Source: Mizuhopecten yessoensis (lineage: Eukaryota). Taken from it: a stretch of 64,000 nucleotides of DNA. Location of the stretch: positions 428,000 through 491,999 of the forward strand of contig NW_018408548.1 in NCBI RefSeq assembly GCF_002113885.1, written 5' to 3'. Numbering within the stretch: the first letter of the stretch is position 1; each line of letters starts with the position of its first letter. Made by a program: the position numbers and the translations under genes. The notes under the pieces were generated by a model, which worked only from the letters and a program-made list of their open reading frames with translations, ran no database searches and had not been told where the DNA came from. This document shows, in pieces, positions 11,301 to 24,842 of this stretch.

Positions 11301-14300
11301 GACATATTAAAAAACTTGTGTTGTAAATATAGTGTAAATATAAATATACTTATATTGTGTTGTTCATTTAATTTTAACTGGGGGCAGTGGAAATTGAGAA
11401 CAGAAAGTATCAGTAATACAAAATAACACAACATAACATAACACTGGTGAGCATCAGTGGAGTCTGGATTATCCAGCTGTAGGGATAATTTAGAAATGTA
11501 ACACTGGTGGTAGTATAGCACTACTGTAAATTACACTTGGTTATTCCATAAACATTTAGGTAGGTCAAATAATGATTTACTTCAATGTGTCGTTTGAGCC
11601 TGCTCAACACATAAAATGTGAATGCATTTGTGTATTTATTTTACATGAATCAGATTATACATTTCGTGCCTTTCATACTTTATTGAAACAACAACATATT
11701 TTTAACAATCACAGAGGTTATCAGGAGATTTACCTCAACAGAAAAGAAAAAAAATGTTTTTCCTACCTACATGTACCCTAATTTTTTTTGAGCCGAAACA
11801 GGAAACACACACATATTTTTATTTGGCCTTTGTTCACAATTAAATTTATATTCAGCTATTACAATATATCTTAAACCATCATTTATACATGCATAGATAC
11901 ATCGATTTATTTTGACAAAATTAGGATTTTACAATCCTTTGACAGTCAGCTCTAGATCTGAAATAGTCGATTATTAACTGTTTTAAATGTGATAAATGAA
12001 CTTAACTGTTGTGAGTACTTCAAACCCCATCCAAACAAACAAAATCAGTCATATCGAGGTGAGAGCTGTTTTAAATATAATGCTCATTAATGTTATAATT
12101 TATTTGGGTTTTTGCCAGGTGTTTATAGGGTCCAATACAGCTGGGAGCCCTTCCCAAATGAAAAATGACCCTGCTGCATTTTCCCAATTTCAGTCTTTAT
12201 TTTCCCAGTTTCATTGAAAAGCATGATTATACAAGTTTCCAGTCATTATATGTGTAAGGTTCAAAGTATTACCGTCCATGAAGGAGCATTCAAAATACAT
12301 CAATAACGAAAATTTGAAATTTAATAAACAAAATCACTGAAAATTGAACTGTTTATATTAATTATTGCTATACATTTTACTGTTTACAAGAAACAGCTAG
12401 AGGGAAGTTTTTGCTAATCACATTGCAGATTTTATTTTTTCCAAAGTTATATTTTTCCAGACCTGTACATGTGGGAATATATTTCCCAATTTTCGCCAAA
12501 TGCTGATGATACTTCCCCAATTCCTGCTCAGGGGCCCTTTCCCAAAATAAAAAAAAATATTTTGTAGAAGCTGAGTAAAAATTTCAGTTTAAATCTTACC
12601 TAAGTTATAATTATAATACTGCATTTTTTGTTTGGCCCTACACTGAATGCACACCACAGCATACGTATAATTTATTGATTTTGTGATTTTATGAAGTTGG
12701 AACTCTTTATACTGCAGTGTCTCCATCCCCATCCAATCATGACAGACATTCTGATGTTGACAACAGGAGCGTGGACAGTCACAATGGTACGGCGTCAAGT
12801 CCTGAAAAACTCTGCAAGTTAGCCATCAGTAACCACCATGGCTCCAGAGACAAGGAGGTGTCCAGCGAACACAAGGAGCACCGGCACCACCACCACCACC
12901 ACTCGGAGCACCACCACAAACATGCACATCACAAACATAAGCATCATCATCACAAGGAGCAGCGGCAGACCCCCCCCACAAAGACACCGCTAGTCACCCT
13001 CAACGGCAAACAGGACTACCATGTCATCCCACAACAGACTGGCCTCACTCTCAAAATCTCAGGAAAGAAACGAATCGTCAATAATTGTGGGGTACAGGTC
13101 AACCTCCGCCGCAGGACGGAGAACAAAGGTGTACAGGTACCGTCAAGCAGTGGTTCCTCGAGTGGTAAGGATGTAAAGATAGCTTCGTCTGGGACTTTCT
13201 CCCCAAAGAAAGGGGTTTCCAGGGTGTCCCGTGGGACCCAGACAGACAAGAAGTCTGGCAAATATAATACTGACAGCAGTAGTAGTAATAGGAATGGTGG
13301 TCACACCAATGTGGAAAATGACTCTAGGCCTCTGAGTGCTATCGATGTTGTGAAAAACATCAACACACATTGTTTTCAACACATGGACTTAAAGAAAGGA
13401 CATGATGTAGGTGATTCCCTTTTGCCTTTTTCTAATTCTAAATTTAAGCAGTTTATGCATTTAGAAAAATATTCAAATGGTGGAGCACTTGTGTTACATG
13501 TTTATCAAGATGAAATCTCACACCTTTCCAAGGAAGAGCGTGTCGAATTAGCAAAGGACTATTTTGATTTTGTGTATGGTGAAAGTCCAGAAGGTGTGTC
13601 AAATTGTGTGATGGGCATTGTTCATGGGGCTGTAGCGTCCCAACCAGACTACATAGACTATTTTGCCGAAAATCATCCTAACATGACAGTGAAGGCGGGC
13701 ATTTTAGGCAAATCGGACATTGAAAGTTTGTCAATGAGTAAATACAGAGAACAGGTGATAAAATCTTACCAGAATGGCACGTTCCGTACGGGGCCTTTGT
13801 TACAGATAAGCTTAGTTGGGACGGTGCACGAGGAGGTAGGGGACTATTTTCCAGAGTTTTTGGATTCATTGGAGGAGAATGAGTTCCTTAAAGCAGTGAT
13901 GCCTTGGGGTGAGCGGTCACTGGTACAGCTGAGCAGGAACCTCAGTAATGATGGTCCCATACTGTGGGCGCGTCCCGGAGAGCAGATGGTTCCCACTGCT
14001 GACATGCCAAAGTCACCATACAAACGCAAACGGTATGTACCTAGCTGCGTGTTCTTCCAAACAAATTTGAACATTTTTTTCTCCAGTATTACTAGATTTC
14101 TTTTGCTATTTTCTCACAAGTTTGAAATCAATTAATTCTAACAGAGCGGGAACAACACAGCAGAATCTAGCTTATAGATAATTATTATACCCCCACAACG
14201 AAGTAAGGGGGGTATACTGGAATCAGCTTGTCTGTCGACCATAGAATTTGTTTGTTCGGACAACTCCTTCTAAAATAATAGACCAATTTCAACGAAACTT

Positions 14301-17300
14301 ACCAGATATGATAACTACCACCTGAAATTGTGCATGCAGGTATTTTTTTCATTCTGATTCTTTTTATTTTACGGAGTTATTGCCCTTTGTTGAAAAACGC
14401 GTGCCCGGACAACTTCTCCAAAACTACTGGGCTAATTTCAACGAAAGTTTTCAGATAGGATAACTACCGCATGATATTTTACATCCAGGTATTATGTTTT
14501 CATCCTGACCCTTTTTAAAGGAGTTATTGCCCTTTGTTGAAAAATGCTTGTCCTGACAACTTCTCCAAAACTACTGGGCTAATTTCAACGAAAGTTTTCA
14601 GATATGATAACTTCCTCCTGATGTTGTGCATCCAAGAAGTACTATTTCATTCTGGTCCTAATAAAAGGTGTCATGACCCTTTGTTGAAAAAACTTTTGTC
14701 CGCCTCCTTAACTTTTGGGCCAATTTCAATGAAAATTTATAAATATGGTTACCCTGTCATGCATCAGGGTATTTTTTCATTTCAACCCTTTATAAGGAGT
14801 TATGACCTTTTGTTAAAAATCTTTGTTCTGACAACTTTTCCTTAACTTCTAGGACGATTTCAGCAAAAACTGGTTCATCTAGGCTAACAAGATTTTGTTT
14901 GCAAGTATGTTTTGGCATTGGGAGGGAGTACAGGAAGTAGGTCAGTGATCTATTTACTTAGATAAGTGTACAGCTCACTGAATAAAGAAATCAGTACTGG
15001 TAGAAGACTATGGATTGCTTTGCAATGCTTTGCCTTATTAAGCCTTTAGCTTACAGTTCTGGTTTATATAGCATTGTTGGTTATTAGTTGGCCGTTGGCT
15101 TACAGTTCTAGTTAAGGCCCCTGTTACGGAGAAACGTGTGCCCTATAGAAATCACTCTGTCTGTCCGTCCGTCCACAAATTTTGTCCCTGGCTGATAACT
15201 TTGGTAATTATTGACCAATTTACATGAAACTTGGTCAAGATATTCAATTCACAAAAATACACACTAAGGTTAAAAGGCAAGGTCAAAGGTCAAGGTCAAA
15301 TTTTGCATCTTTTGGGTCCAAAGGTCGAAGACAAAGTGGATCTCTGACTTTGACCCTAGCTCTTGATGGGGGAGGNATCAAATTTTGCATCTTTTGGGTC
15401 CAAAGGTCAAATACAAAGTGAATCTCTGACTTTGACCCTAGCTCTTGATGGGGGAGGTATTTAAGGTGAAATAAAACAAATCAAAGCTAACAAATGAGTA
15501 TTGTACCAGTATTTACATTTCTGTTAGCCCAGCAAATATTGAAGTCAAGCTCAGCTACAGTGTATATGGGCAGATTGCTTCTTGATGAGTATGGGGGATA
15601 TATTGCCACAAGACCTGTCAGTGTTCTAGTTTATTCAGGCATTGTATTGACATGTTTAGGCTCAAAGGCCTTGAATCTTCACAAGTTCGTTTGATTTCAG
15701 TCAAGGAGATAAGAATACCATAAACATTTAAATGGGAATGCAAGATGCTGAACTAATGTTTTGGCCTAAATACCTGTGAAACTTCAAATATTATGTAACA
15801 TTTGAAAAAGATCTTTATCACTGAAGTCATGAATTAAGTTTGAGCTTTATATCAGTTTTTCAGAGTTAGAAATTAATTTCAAAAACTACTAGTCAGTCGG
15901 GCTAGAATCAAAGTTTTCATTTTACTGGTATATGTACAGAATTCCACTATTTTCCAATAATGTTCAAAATAAGTAATCAAATTTTGACTAGGGTAGTCAA
16001 TCTAGCTAGCAGTTTTAAGCACCGCTAGTCCAGCAGGAGATTTCAGAAGTCTACATGTACAACAGAGAACTAGTGGGCTAGCCTTATTGTCTAACCTAGG
16101 TTCTGAGAATATCGAAACCAAGAGTTTTTCTCCAGTTGTTTTAATTTTTGGTTCACTTTGATTTGACAGTGGTATGAATGAGCTGAAGAATCTGTCATAC
16201 CTGCCACGTGCATCTGAGCCTCGCGAGGTTCTAGTGGAGGACAGAACACGCTGTCACGCTGACCATGTGGGTCAAGGTTTTGACCGAATGACCACAGCGG
16301 CTGTAGGAGTTCTCAAAGCTGTCAAGTACGGAGAAGACAGGTTAGTTATACAAATCAAGTACAGAGAGGACAGCTAAGGTACCTGTATGAAATCAAGAAT
16401 GGATCATGCGATAGGGGGTAAAAATTTACTGGCCCGAATTCCAGAACAACCAGTTTTCAGATCCGGGCAAGCGCAATTAATTGACTGACTTGCCCCGGAC
16501 AAGTACGTTTGTAGCTTATATCTGTTGTTACAAATGTAATAAAATGTGTTTTGCGCCATATTCACAAATTCTGACATCTTTTTTTTGTTGATTTTATGAT
16601 TCCAAAAAGATTTGAAATGCAACGAGAACTGTCAGACATTAGTTGACAGACATCACATGTTTACACGGGTATTACCCAATAGAAGGTGCAAGGGGAATAA
16701 CTCTTCTGCTATTATTGAGAATCCCACGACAGCCATTGTTTTGTATAGTAGGATGTTATCACTAATTCTGTGTTTATATCTACCACACCATACGGTCATT
16801 ATAGCTTCCATCTTCAGATATAAACTACTGATTACTTAACCAAACATTGCTTGGAAGGTTTGTGTAAATCTCATGAATGATAAATATATAAAGTCGGCAC
16901 ATTGTGTTTGTGACACTGTTTATGCATAGACTGCAGGTGTGCACCGAAATGTGTTCGCATTCAGTGTAGCGTTTGCCACTGGTAATTAAAAGAAAACAAA
17001 AAAAAATACATTTTGCAATATATGCACATTATATTAAGCTATATTATAACTGTAAACGAATTAAACTCATTGTGAAAATAAATCATGTTTAATGATGAAA
17101 ATTGTGAAAAAACGGGGCAAGCAGAAATTCATCTCAGGCAAGTGGATTTTGGGTGTCTGCTTTCCCTGTGCAAATTATTTGATTTTTTTTTACACCCCTG
17201 AATTATACAATGTGCCTAGTGTTTTTGACGTATTCTTTTTAGATATTTTTCCTGGCTTGACAATTTTTTCATATTAATTGCATAAAACAGATTCACATGT

Positions 17301-20166
17301 GTTATGCGAAAATTCCTGTCTCTATTTCCTGAAGTGAGTCTTCTCATTAATTGTTTTTATTAAACTGGAAAGTGTGCATTGCTTTTTTCATGCTGTCTAT
17401 TGATAGCTGTATTAAATGACAAGTTTCTAATTTTTCCAGAAACGATGAAGGGCGTGTTGTGAAGGATGTGATTTGTTTCCATCCGGGAGATTTCATAGAA
17501 TTGGTTGATAAACTTCATTTAGATCTCCATGAACCTCCAGTCTCACAGGTTAGTATAAACAAGGCGCACAATGTTTAAATATCAAATATCATTGCAATAA
17601 TGATATTTTCAATTTTCTTCAAACTAAAACCAAAATATGGCAAGATTTGAAAAGATAAAACAATTTGACCTATAGCTTGCTAGCTAGAGAAAGATCTATC
17701 AAAATTTGTTCAAATAAATGTCCTTTACCCTCATTCAAAATCCTTCATGTCAAATTATTTGATATTATTGTATATTAAAATTGTTGGATGCCTTCTGCTA
17801 ATCAGAGTCATGATATGTATTCAGTAGGTTATTATGGTATCAAATTTGTTCTTACATTTGACCTTGATCAGTGCTCAATGTCACAGGTCCAATATGTTAA
17901 AATTTTGAAATATATTTTAACGAACAATGAGACAAAGAGTAATGTTTTTAACCTGTAGTTGGATTGAATGATGAGCATTGTGAGGTTGCTTCAAATAGCT
18001 TATCCTGACCCACTTTCAAGATCTAACGGAGATCACTTGTTGAAATCTTTGAACAACTTCTAATAAAATTGTGAGACAAACTGTAATGGTATTTAACCTG
18101 AAGCTGGCTTGAATGAAGGGCTACAAACCTGGTTCCAATAAAGAAGCGTGCCCTATGTATGCTTGTTCTCTCAGTGTCATACAGGTCAAACATGTTAAAA
18201 TTGTATTTTGAAAAAACACAAGACAAAGACTAATTGTAACTGGCTTTCAACTGTTTATACAATATATCTTCATCTTTTGTTAATTTTCAAGGACGTGTGG
18301 ATCAAATATGTTAATATTCTTTTTCTAAACCATGAGGCCTAGGGGTAATCATATTTTGTCTGTAGCTTGCTTTGATGAATGGCAATAAATCAAATAATTG
18401 ATGTGACTCACTTTTCTCCAATTTCTAAACCTGATTTTACCCTTTATTGTGCTGCTGTCTTGCAGGTTTAAAATATAATTTTATAGAACTTCAATGTACA
18501 TTTTGATTCAAGGTCAGAGTTCATGGTTTCTCTTTCAACTTTCTTTCATTTGACTTTGACATTGTAGTCTTTATGTGAAGTAGAATAAAAAATAATAGTT
18601 TGTGGAGATAGAAGTCTACACACACAAAAGACAGCTGTATAGATAAAGTTACTGAATGGTGCTGTATACTGAACCTGTATTTTGTGATTTTCATAGTGTG
18701 TGACATGGTTGGAAGATGCAAAACTGAATCAGCTGCACAGAGAAGGAATCCGATTTGCTCGCATCCAGCTACGAGACGATGACATCTACTTCATCCCACG
18801 CAACGTAATTCATCAATTCAAAACTGTCTCGGCCGTCACAAGTATCGCATGGCACATCCGACTAGCTCAGTATTATCCACCGGAGCCCGAGGAGGAGGCA
18901 TGCATGGACAGTTCCTCAACAGAGGAGAAATGCGTAACTTCTTCGGATCAACAGGTTGTTGATGTGAAGGATTCAACGAGTTCCACTGCAACAACTTCCA
19001 TGCAAGAAAGAGAAGAAAAATCTGACAAAATGGCATCAATATTGGTGCCTCCTGTAGACTCCGCTGTACAAAGGGATAGTAAGGAGCAAAACACCTCAAC
19101 TCATCCAACACAAAAAGTCACATTTTTGGCAGATATGAAGGAAAAACTAACAACACTTGCCACAAAAATTAAATCATCTTCTGTGAAACTAGAGGAAAAG
19201 GACAGAAATTTGTCAGAATCGTCAACACCTAAGCATCATTCTGTGAAGGTTGAAAAGAAGGACAAGGCTACAGCATATTCCACAAAGTTGGGAGTCTCGC
19301 CCATGAAAACAAATGACAAAAAGGAACCAGTTGTACCTCTTCCTCACAAACCAGCAATTAAGATGGAAAAGCAAGAAAGAGCCGAGGCTATTTCAAAAGC
19401 AATGAGTGCTGCACAGATGAAAGTAGAAAGGCAAGATAAAAACAGTCCTCACAATGTTGCAGAGAAAAAGTCTAGAAATTTTCATATGAAGGATGTGGAG
19501 AAAAAATCCAGCAGCAGTCCTCTCAAGGATGTGGAGAAAAAATCTAGCAGCTGTTCTATCAAGGATGTGGAGAAAAAATCCAGCAGCAGTTCTCTTAAGG
19601 ATGTGGAGAAAAAATCTAGCAGCTGTTCTATCAAGGATGTGGAGAAAAAATCCAGCAGCAGTCCTCTCAAGGATGTGGAGAAAAAATCTAGCGGCTGTTC
19701 TATCAAGGATGTGGAGAAAAAATCTAGCAGCTGTTCTATCAAGGATGTGGTGAAAAAATCTAGCAGCAGTCCTCTCAAGGATGTGGTGAAAAAATCTAGC
19801 AGCTGTTCTATCAAGGATGTGGTGAAAAAATCTAGCAGCTGTTCTATCAAGGATGTGGTGAAAAAATCTAAAAACATTCTTAAGGAAGCAGGAAAAAAAC
19901 CTTGTGTGCAAAAAGATACCATTTCAATTCTCCCAATCAACAGTCCTCATGTTCCTGATGCTCAAAGCTCCACTTCCAATTTCCAGTCCAGTAGTGAGAT
20001 TGAAACTGCTAGGGACACTACCTCATCGGAGAACAGTATCCCTGAAAAAGTGAAGACAAGGGACACAACTCCACAGCACATAGACACTGCAGAAAATCCA
20101 AAGGCATCAGACACAGAAAACAATCGTGCAAAACAGGAAGTTGAAGTCCCCATGGACACTTCATAG
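7863..20166 (+). CDS. RSBN1: Round spermatid basic protein 1-like / lysine-specific demethylase 9 (RSBN1/RSBN1L), ~1,196 aa (1,208 aa if the 7827 ATG is used)
   Basis: Exons 7863-8388, 12718-14032, 16170-16340, 17440-17548, 18697-20166, all GT-AG and in phase (3,591 nt). Motifs [146 protein letters not shown] match the conserved RSBN1 core. Confidence 0.92.
8829..9881. mobile_element. Complete non-autonomous DNA transposon, 13-bp TIR CATACATGCCATA, 6-bp TSD TACCAT
   Basis: TIRs at 8829-8841 and 9869-9881; TACCAT at 8823-8828 and 9882-9887; subterminal (G)TGAGA repeats. Confidence 0.85.
10601..11830. mobile_element. AGGCCAAAT...ATTTGGCCT MITE (Zator-like) carrying an internal LTR-like insertion
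   Basis: Inverted ends TAGGCCAAATAC.. and ..TATTTGGCCTT; subterminal TGTGTTTCC / GGAAACACA. Confidence 0.6.
10755..11443 (+). mobile_element. Possible solo LTR
   Basis: TGTTATG...CATAACA inverted termini, purine-rich body with a TATA-like run at ~11140, followed by (C)TGG; no clear TSD. Confidence 0.35.
12718..14032 (+). CDS. RSBN1: RSBN1 exon 2 (His/Lys tract plus first half of the conserved domain)
   Basis: tgcag|TG.. to ..AAACG|gtatgt. Confidence 0.92.
14184..15113 (+). mobile_element. HINE / Helentron-type non-autonomous element with ~4.5 internal ~145-bp tandem core repeats
   Basis: TTATACCCCC..GGGGGGTATAC 5' stem, GTCTGTC microsatellite seed, cores repeating near 14258, 14406, 14552, 14699 and 14828, and a 3' end GGCTTACAGTTCTAGTT. 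Confidence 0.8.
15114..15632 (+). mobile_element. Second HINE-like element abutting the first
   Basis: CCCTATAGAAATCACTCTGTCTGTCCGTCCGTCC microsatellite, AAGGTCAAAGGTCAAGGTCAA core, ends TTCTAGTT. Confidence 0.6.
16170..16340 (+). CDS. RSBN1: RSBN1 exon 3
   Basis: gacag|[28 protein letters not shown]..|gttagt. Confidence 0.92.
16410..17200. mobile_element. Degenerate hAT-like MITE
   Basis: Ends TAGGGGGTAAAAA / TTTTTACACCCCTG; subterminal ACTTGCCC / GGGCAAG repeats; no TSD recovered. Confidence 0.45.
17440..17548 (+). CDS. RSBN1: RSBN1 exon 4
   Basis: ttccag|[29 protein letters not shown]|gttagt; not in the ORF track. Confidence 0.92.
18697..20166 (+). CDS. RSBN1: RSBN1 exon 5 (end of conserved domain plus low-complexity tail)
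   Basis: catag|[12 protein letters not shown].. to TAG at 20166. Confidence 0.9.
   Translation, partial: CVTWLEDAKLNQLHREGIRFARIQLRDDDIYFIPRNVIHQFKTVSAVTSIAWHIRLAQYYPPEPEEEACMDSSSTEEKCVTSSDQQVVDVKDSTSSTATTSMQEREEKSDKMASILVPPVDSAVQRDSKEQNTSTHPTQKVTFLADMKEKLTTLATKIKSSSVKLEEKDRNLSESSTPKHHSVKVEKKDKATAYSTKLGVSPMKTNDKKEPVVPLPHKPAIKMEKQERAEAISKAMSAAQMKVERQDKNSPHNVAEKKSRNFHMKDVEKKSSSSPLKDVEKKSSSCSIKDVEKKSSSSSLKDVEKKSSSCSIKDVEKKSSSSPLKDVEKKSSGCSIKDVEKKSSSCSIKDVVKKSSSSPLKDVVKKSSSCSIKDVVKKSSSCSIKDVVKKSKNILKEAGKKPCVQKDTISILPINSPHVPDAQSSTSNFQSSSEIETARDTTSSENSIPEKVKTRDTTPQHIDTAENPKASDTENNRAKQEVEVPMDTS
19489..19869 (+). repeat. Coding 36-bp minisatellite, 10.5 x KDV(E/V)KKSSS(SPL/CSI)
   Basis: Directly visible in DNA and protein. 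Confidence 0.97.
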
Positions 20167-21637
20167 CAAATAATTCCATCCGGCAGTATTTCAGTTCTAA
20201 AGAACCCCCTACAGATCTTCCTCAAGATGCAATCCAGGGAGTTTGGGGCTACGGTGTCATATGTGCAAAGCTGTTTCCATTTAAAATTACTAACTCTCTT
20301 GTAATTTGATTTATTCTTGGCTCTGCGCAGCATCTATGATACTGGGCCCACATGATAGGATCCATGTAGGCTGTAGTTTTATCATAGACACAATTGTGAA
20401 AACATTATATCATGCACATCTTTTGTTTTAAGAATATCCAACAATTTAAGTCATGTTGTGTTGATGGATTTTGTATACATGTATTTATCAACAAGAGTTT
20501 AAGCCTAGAGTATAGCTATAATGTCTGTTTATGGATGTATGGTGGATTTGTGTCGACAGTGATATGGGGTCTAGTTCAAAGGGATGAGTTACTCTATATA
20601 ATTCTGATAAGCCGATGTCCAGTAATTGCCCACTGCCTTGTTTTATCAGTTGATGTTGCCGTAGATCGGAAGACAACTGCAGCTCCGCCGTGATGCTATA
20701 ATTCAACACATCTGTCCAGCACTGTTTTACTACTGTGCCACATACAGATTGCACTGATTAGCTTCTTAAAATTGATTGAAATTGATATTTTCTGTAAATT
20801 CTTGAATATTCTTGGCACCAAATTTATACCCTTTCTAAATAGATTTATCGAAAGTCAATAACAAGGTGAATTTTAAAATTGACTTTTATTTATTTCCAAT
20901 GGTCAAGTTTCGTTAGTCGTCATTTATTAAAATTGAATTAAAGGGTGTTGTGATTCACGTGTCACTTTAATTTCGTCTAATTTTTGTCAACATTATATCT
21001 GCAGTTGTTACTGATTAAACTTGAAATATATATATAGTTATTGCTGCTAGCAAGTATACAAGGTCAATTATTTGATTCAGAATGACAAAAAATATGTTTT
21101 TGTAAATGTTTTAAAAAGCTTTATTGAAGAGTGTACTTACAAACTTTCTAAATATGTTTAGAGATTATTTCATTAAATAACCTTAGCTGTTGATAGGCCA
21201 TTAAACCCAATACAACCAACCAACAACCAACCTCATCATGTACCTCAATGATATATCGTTCAAATTGAGAAGAAATACTTGAAGTTAAAATTTAAAAAAT
21301 CAAGAAAATATATAATATAGATGTCCTTTATGAAGATTGATGCAGGTTTAGCCATTTTATGCAAAACAACAGATATTTTAAATATTTCTTTTCTATTAAT
21401 TATTTAGATGATACAAGAAAGATAGTTTCTTTATCTTGTCTTTTGTGATACAGAGTGATGTTATAAGGTAGAAAGAGATTTTCAGATCTGATTATAAGTA
21501 CCAACTTTCTGTATGTTGTTGTATATGTACTATATCTACTTGTGATAAACCCTTGACCAGTAATAAGCCCACCCCTAGTTAATCAGATTTAACATGTCAA
21601 TGAAATGAGGAATTAGTCCCATTAGCCATTTGACTCC

Positions 21638-21730
21638 TTAACCCTTTCACCCCAGTGTAACTTAAGTAAACTCTTCCATGCATTGATCGGGATGAGTCCA
21701 TTACGGTCTACAGTGGTGAATGGGGTATTA
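21638..21730. mobile_element. ~90-bp TTAA-CCC...GGG MITE (piggyBac-like ends)
   Basis: TTAACCCTTTCACCCC...GGTGAATGGGGT; close sister at 25817-25905, more distant relatives at 4844-4935 and 10388-10477. Confidence 0.65.
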
Positions 21731-22041
21731 CGGCCTAGGGTACCATGGGTTTATTACTGTTAGTTTATGATAATTTAAGGCTTAGCGTTATTGTCCGTCC
21801 AGAGATACAGTGGGAATGCCTTTGTTAACGAATCTTCAAACAGGAGCAGAGATATTTATGATTACATGATGGCAATGCAACTTTATAAATAAATGTCTGA
21901 GTGTCAGAAAAAGTATAAATTTGATTAATATTGAAAATATATATAAACAATTTAATAATTATTTTCACCAGAACTTTGTATCCATTCACCCCTGCTTTGG
22001 ATATGCAATGGTCATTAATCTTTCTAGTTTGTACTAGGGCC

Positions 22042-22321
22042 TGTATTCTGAACCAATGGGAATTACACTTGTATTCTGAACCAATGGGAATTACACTTGT
22101 ATTCTGAACCAATGGGAATTACACTTGTATTCTGAACCAATGGGAATTACACTTGTATTCTGAACCAATGGGAATTACACTTGTATTCTGAACCAATGGG
22201 AATTACACTTGTATTCTGAACCAATGGGAATTACACTTGTATTCTGAACCAATGGGAATTACACTTGTATTCTGAACCAATGGGAATTACACTTGTATTC
22301 TGAACCAATGGGAATTACACT
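22042..22321. repeat. Perfect 28-bp minisatellite x10 (TGTATTCTGAACCAATGGGAATTACACT)
   Basis: Ten identical units. Confidence 0.98.
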
Positions 22322-24744
22322 TCTGCAACTTGTAATAATTGTGTTATGTTCTAGCTTAAGGCTCTAAAGATCAGCCCCGGCCCATGTTGCGAAATTGTAT
22401 AATTATAAGCTCATAAAATGTATGTGGCCCAATTGGTGCTGGGCCTTACAGTTTTAACAGGAGAAGATTATTATTTGAATCAATTTGACACATCTGTATC
22501 AACGCAAGACTGTCAACTACTATATCCGTGATCTTATTTCATGATCAAGGTCTTGCGTAGCCTTCACAAATTTTATTGATGTACTGTGAAATTTTCCGTC
22601 AACTACACAAGTAGGGGGAGATAACTGCATGTTAACACGAGACATTGAGGGCTTTTTTAAGTGGATTTCAATCATTCCTATCCTTATGATCTACAGAAAC
22701 AGTGAACATGTTTATGAAAAGTGAATTTTGTTACAGTTTAAATAAATATCAACATTCAGTTTATATGTTTGTAAAAACAAAAAGGTATGAGCTTGCATAA
22801 ACTTTGCTTTTTATAGATCAATTGTGGTTTGGATGATGCAATACATGGTGTTTTCAATATGTTTATGATAAAAGTGTCTTTGATTATGGTTCACATATTG
22901 ATGTGTAAAAATAGTGACATTTCTGTTAGTGTTTATGATCACATTTACAATGTAGATGGCCTCATACAGATAAGACATTATAACTCACTGCAACACACCA
23001 CAGGTGTAAAGTTACACAGGCACATTTCAGACTACGTCTATTCACGATATTGTTTTATGTTGACGAGGCAGCTGATGAAGTTTTAATTAGACCTGGTCTG
23101 TTGTTGTTGATGTATTCATCGTGTTTGTTTGATGTAATTATGATTAATTTTTATCTACAACATTTTTCATGTTGTGTGCGTTAATTTAATGAATGTGTAT
23201 TCATATTGCAAACAGAAGAGGATTTGAGATGTTTAGTACTTCCTGTATTTAGCTTCAGCCCTATTGCTTGATAATGACATCACACATTATGTGTGTAAAA
23301 CGTCTCCCTATGACTAATTGATGTGCACAATTGATATGTATACACAGTATTGAGATAGATTGTACGGTAAATGTACTGGTATATCCCTTCCATAGTTTTA
23401 AAATGTTGTATCCAAACTAATAAGTGTACCTGTCTTTGAAAGTATTCTCACATCTTCAGAATTTGTTTACGAGGATGAGACAGTGTCAGTTTGTTTCACC
23501 CATCCTACGAAATCTTCTCTTGTTTCTTTGTCTCTAAGATACCAAAACATTTAGCTTGATAAATAGATTTATTAAGATCAGGGATGTATCAAGTTTGTTT
23601 TTTAAAACTTAACGTGTTTGTATGATTGACTATATATATATATAGCTACAACCTGAACAACAAGACATTGAAGCTCAAAATTTCCCTTAAAAAATTTATG
23701 TTTGAAAAATTAGCATAGTGAAAGATAGATATATGAAATATTTAGTATTTCATACCCTATTTATAAGGGTCTATTTACACTGTTTTCATCTTTCTATTAC
23801 ACTTTGAAGTAATTAAAGCTAAAATTAGTTTCCATAGGGAGTTTGACGGTTTTGACTTAATAGAATTACAACAGGGACCAAAGAAGGAAATTCCTTGTCA
23901 GAAAAATGCATATCAAGATACATCTGTAGCTAAAAATAAATCAATAGGTCGTTTAAGGGTGTAGAATATATTGAAGTACTTGGCCCAGCAATATTTTTAT
24001 AGTTAATACTGAAAATGTTCACTAGCTCTGACATAATATCTGATTGTACCCCTGGCATCGGGCTTGTGGAATTGTTTACTCCTATAACTAATAGCTTTAA
24101 AGGAAAATTAACAATGGAGTTTTATAAGGCTTCAAGATTAATGAAAGACGTGTTTATGCTTTTCTTAGACATAATTAAAACATAATGATGAAGTAATTTT
24201 GCTTTTATTAAAATTTCAATACATATTATGAAAAGTGTTTAAGTTTGAAAGACTAGCACATGTAAACTTTGATATAAAAAATATTTCTGAAATGGGTATC
24301 ATTGTACATTTATGTAGGATGAACGTGAATTTTCTTGAAGACTTAATGTAAAATAATTAAACAATTTTTTTAAATGTCCTAAAGATAGACCTTTTATAGA
24401 TGTTTACTTTTATATAAGTTAATAAGTTTAGCCATTAATTTATTTCCTGTCACCTATTTTTTCCCGACTGGTACATAGGGCTGTTGTTTTGTATCATTGT
24501 TTATTTGGTTAAAATTTACCTGTCTGGCACAGCTGTTATGTATAAGCCCTATGCAATGTGTTTTTATAGATTGCCATGTTTTACTTGCAATAAGCTCACA
24601 CTTATCTGAATTAAGGATATATGCCACCTTTCTATGATACATTTTAATTTACGAACAAACAGTGATATCAAAAAGAAAAATATATATAGTAGTATAGCTT
24701 TATGCTTTGATCATTTGCAATTACCAAGTGAAATCTCCTGCATA

Positions 24745-24842
24745 CACACACGCAAGCACGCATACACTACACACATGGAGGCACGTCCTTAAATGACCTT
24801 AGCTGACAATAGGACGTTAAACAAAATTAAACCAAACAAAAC
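24745..24842 (+). mobile_element. SINE 3' tail fragment
   Basis: AATGACCTTAGCTGACAATAGGACGTTAAAC plus (CAAA)n; same tail at 21177-21232 with (CAAC)n. Confidence 0.6.

Noticed and set aside
15297-15456. ~80-bp direct repeat
   Set aside because: Straddles an N at 15376; probably an assembly artefact.
19393-19940. Long antisense and alternative-frame ORFs (172, 152 and 86 aa)
   Set aside because: Shadows of the stop-free 36-bp coding repeat; no independent evidence.
22042-22321. CRISPR-like array (also 28129-28314)
   Set aside because: Head-to-tail units with no unique spacers, eukaryotic context, no cas genes.
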